This document shows, piece by piece, positions 35,295-36,595 of a DNA stretch of 36,595 bases (within the stretch, counting starts at the first letter, position 1; every line of letters starts with the position of its first letter). The notes under the pieces were generated by a model. The model was not told where the DNA came from. It ran no database searches and saw only the letters and a list, made by a program, of their open reading frames with translations. Origin of the DNA: Verrucomicrobiota bacterium (lineage in GTDB: Bacteria; Verrucomicrobiota; Verrucomicrobiia; Opitutales; Opitutaceae); the NCBI GenBank assembly GCA_039186805.1, contig JBCCZW010000001.1, positions 1-36,595 on the forward strand, given 5' to 3'. The translations under genes and the position numbers were made by a program.

Positions 35295-36595
35295 ATGTTT
35301 TCCCGACAACCTCTTCTCCTGGCTGCAGCTGGCCTCTCACTGGCGGCACTCAGCGACACCGCAAAGGCCTCAGAAACGCCGACTGCCCACAACCCGAATA
35401 TAGAAAGCATTACTCTCTTCGCCCAAAACCCCGATATCGTCACGCCAGTCGGAATCGCAGTCGCTCCAGACGGTCGGGTGTTCGTGCAGGAAAACCACAC
35501 TCACAAACGGACGAAGGCCTACACAGGTCCTGCCAAAGACCGCATCCTCGTATTCGAAGATACAGACGGCGATGGCGTCTCCGATAAACGCTCTATATTT
35601 TACGATGGCGAGGTATTCAGTACGGACCTGCTCTTCGGTCCTGACGGACATCTCTACGTCAGCAATCGCTGGTTCGTCGGTCGCTTTCGGGATGCCGCCA
35701 CACTCGAAAAAGCGAATGGCGAACCAGAGATCCTCATAAAATGCGAAACCGAAGGCGACTACCCGCACAACGGCGTGGGCGGCCTGGCAATCGACCCCGC
35801 CAACCCTGAATGGATGGTCTTCGGCTTTGGCGAAAATCTAGGTGCCGATTACACCTTTGTCGGCACGGATGGCGTCGAAATCTCAGGCGGGGGCGAAGGC
35901 GGCTCCACCTACATCTGTAAAACGGACGGCTCGCAACTCAAACGTCTGTCCACAGGTCATTGGAACGCCTTCGGCATGGCCTACGATCTAGAAGGAAATC
36001 TCTTTTCAACCGACAACGACCCAAGCAGCACGCCCCCCAATCGCCTCCTCCACATTATCCCAGGAGCCGACTTCGGCTACGAATATCGTTATGGACGATC
36101 AGGCCGTCATCCGCTGGTCAGCTGGTATGGCGACACCCCCGGCACGCTCGGCATGATCGGCGCCCTCGGGGAAGCCGCTTGCGGCCTTGTTCCCTACGGA
36201 GCGGGCGAATTGCTTTCCGCCTCCTGGACCGATAATCGCATCGATCTCCATCCCATCACGAAAAGCGGCGCCTCCTTCGAAGCAGGGCGCGAACCCTTCG
36301 TGAGTGGCACTGACGATTTTAGACCGGTCCACTTTTCCTATTCCGATGATGGGAAGTCCCTCTACTTTACCGATTGGGTAAAGATCTCTTACCCCGTGCA
36401 CGGTCACGGCAAGGTATGGAAGATCACCTTCAAGGAGCCCATTGACCTCGCTCCGCGACCGCGCCAATCAAAGCCCGTTCTAACGCCGGACTTAGCCCTG
36501 AATAAACTCGGAGTAGCCGATCCCTATTCGCGTACTGCTGCGATGGATACGCTGGTTCAGAATCCCGAGCTCCTTAAATCATATGATTGGAAATC
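35295..36595 (+). CDS. PVC-type putative membrane-bound dehydrogenase / heme-binding protein, N-terminal part (partial; runs off the right edge)
   Basis: I translated this by hand because the ORF has no stop inside the window and is missing from the ORF track. It reads MFSRQPLLLAAAGLSLAAL (signal), then IVTPVGIAVAPDGRVFVQE, RILVFEDTDGDGVSDK, GPDGHLYVS, PHNGVGGLAIDP, NAFGMAYDLEGNLFSTDNDP, ADFGYEYRYG. This is a sorbosone-dehydrogenase-like propeller of the Pirellula/Verrucomicrobium N-terminal type. A HEAT-like segment begins at the window end. Confidence 0.75.
   Translation, partial: MFSRQPLLLAAAGLSLAALSDTAKASETPTAHNPNIESITLFAQNPDIVTPVGIAVAPDGRVFVQENHTHKRTKAYTGPAKDRILVFEDTDGDGVSDKRSIFYDGEVFSTDLLFGPDGHLYVSNRWFVGRFRDAATLEKANGEPEILIKCETEGDYPHNGVGGLAIDPANPEWMVFGFGENLGADYTFVGTDGVEISGGGEGGSTYICKTDGSQLKRLSTGHWNAFGMAYDLEGNLFSTDNDPSSTPPNRLLHIIPGADFGYEYRYGRSGRHPLVSWYGDTPGTLGMIGALGEAACGLVPYGAGELLSASWTDNRIDLHPITKSGASFEAGREPFVSGTDDFRPVHFSYSDDGKSLYFTDWVKISYPVHGHGKVWKITFKEPIDLAPRPRQSKPVLTPDLALNKLGVADPYSRTAAMDTLVQNPELLKSYDWK

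Noticed and set aside
1-36595. Window-wide scan for CRISPR arrays, tRNA/rRNA/tmRNA/RNase P/SRP RNA, IS elements with terminal inverted repeats, and phage or defence-system hallmarks
   Set aside because: I saw no regularly spaced direct repeats, no conserved RNA cores, and no transposase, integrase or nuclease/ATPase defence-type ORFs. The only repeats found are the P1/P2 gene duplication, the DUF1552 relic and the short REP-like palindromes.

Overview
The window looks like a chromosomal segment from a PVC-superphylum bacterium (Verrucomicrobiota or Planctomycetota). That placement is an inference from gene content: DUF1592/DUF1588-type CxxCH proteins paired with DUF1552 proteins, a Pirellula/Verrucomicrobium-type N-terminal dehydrogenase domain, a PVC-style ECF sigma/FecR pair, and many Tat leaders.

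Positions ~2.6-36.6 kb form one large, divergently organised glycan-utilisation locus, probably for a sulfated glycan.

- Minus-strand arm (11882 down to 2621): a NarL-class two-component system whose kinase has a tandem discoidin-like periplasmic sensor, an MDR oxidoreductase, an extended SDR, a GMC flavoprotein with a Tat-leader small subunit, and a secreted FG-GAP propeller.
- Plus-strand arm (11962 to the window end, about 24.6 kb, every gene on one strand): five paralogues of a TIM-barrel glycosidase-like family I cannot assign (P1-P5, one fused to a DUF1080 / 3-keto-disaccharide-hydrolase-like domain), an ECF sigma/anti-sigma pair, a GH10-like enzyme, two Cys-type S1 sulfatases, two complete cassettes of a di-CxxCH DUF1592-family protein plus a Tat DUF1552 protein, a decayed 3' relic of a third DUF1552 gene, and a partial PVC-type dehydrogenase/heme-binding gene that runs off the right edge and is absent from the ORF track.

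I found no recognisable transporter (TonB-dependent/SusCD, ABC or MFS), CRISPR array, tRNA/rRNA gene or intact mobile element. The left ~1.9 kb has low coding density and only unrecognisable short ORFs.

The best candidates for something undescribed are the P1-P5 family, which appears to carry Asp where clan GH-A enzymes carry the catalytic Glu residues, and the repeated DUF1592/DUF1552 cassettes inside a transporter-less glycan locus. A possible oxidative (3-keto) glycoside-cleavage route involving the GMC enzyme and DUF1080 is a third. All family assignments come from motifs read by eye; no searches were run.
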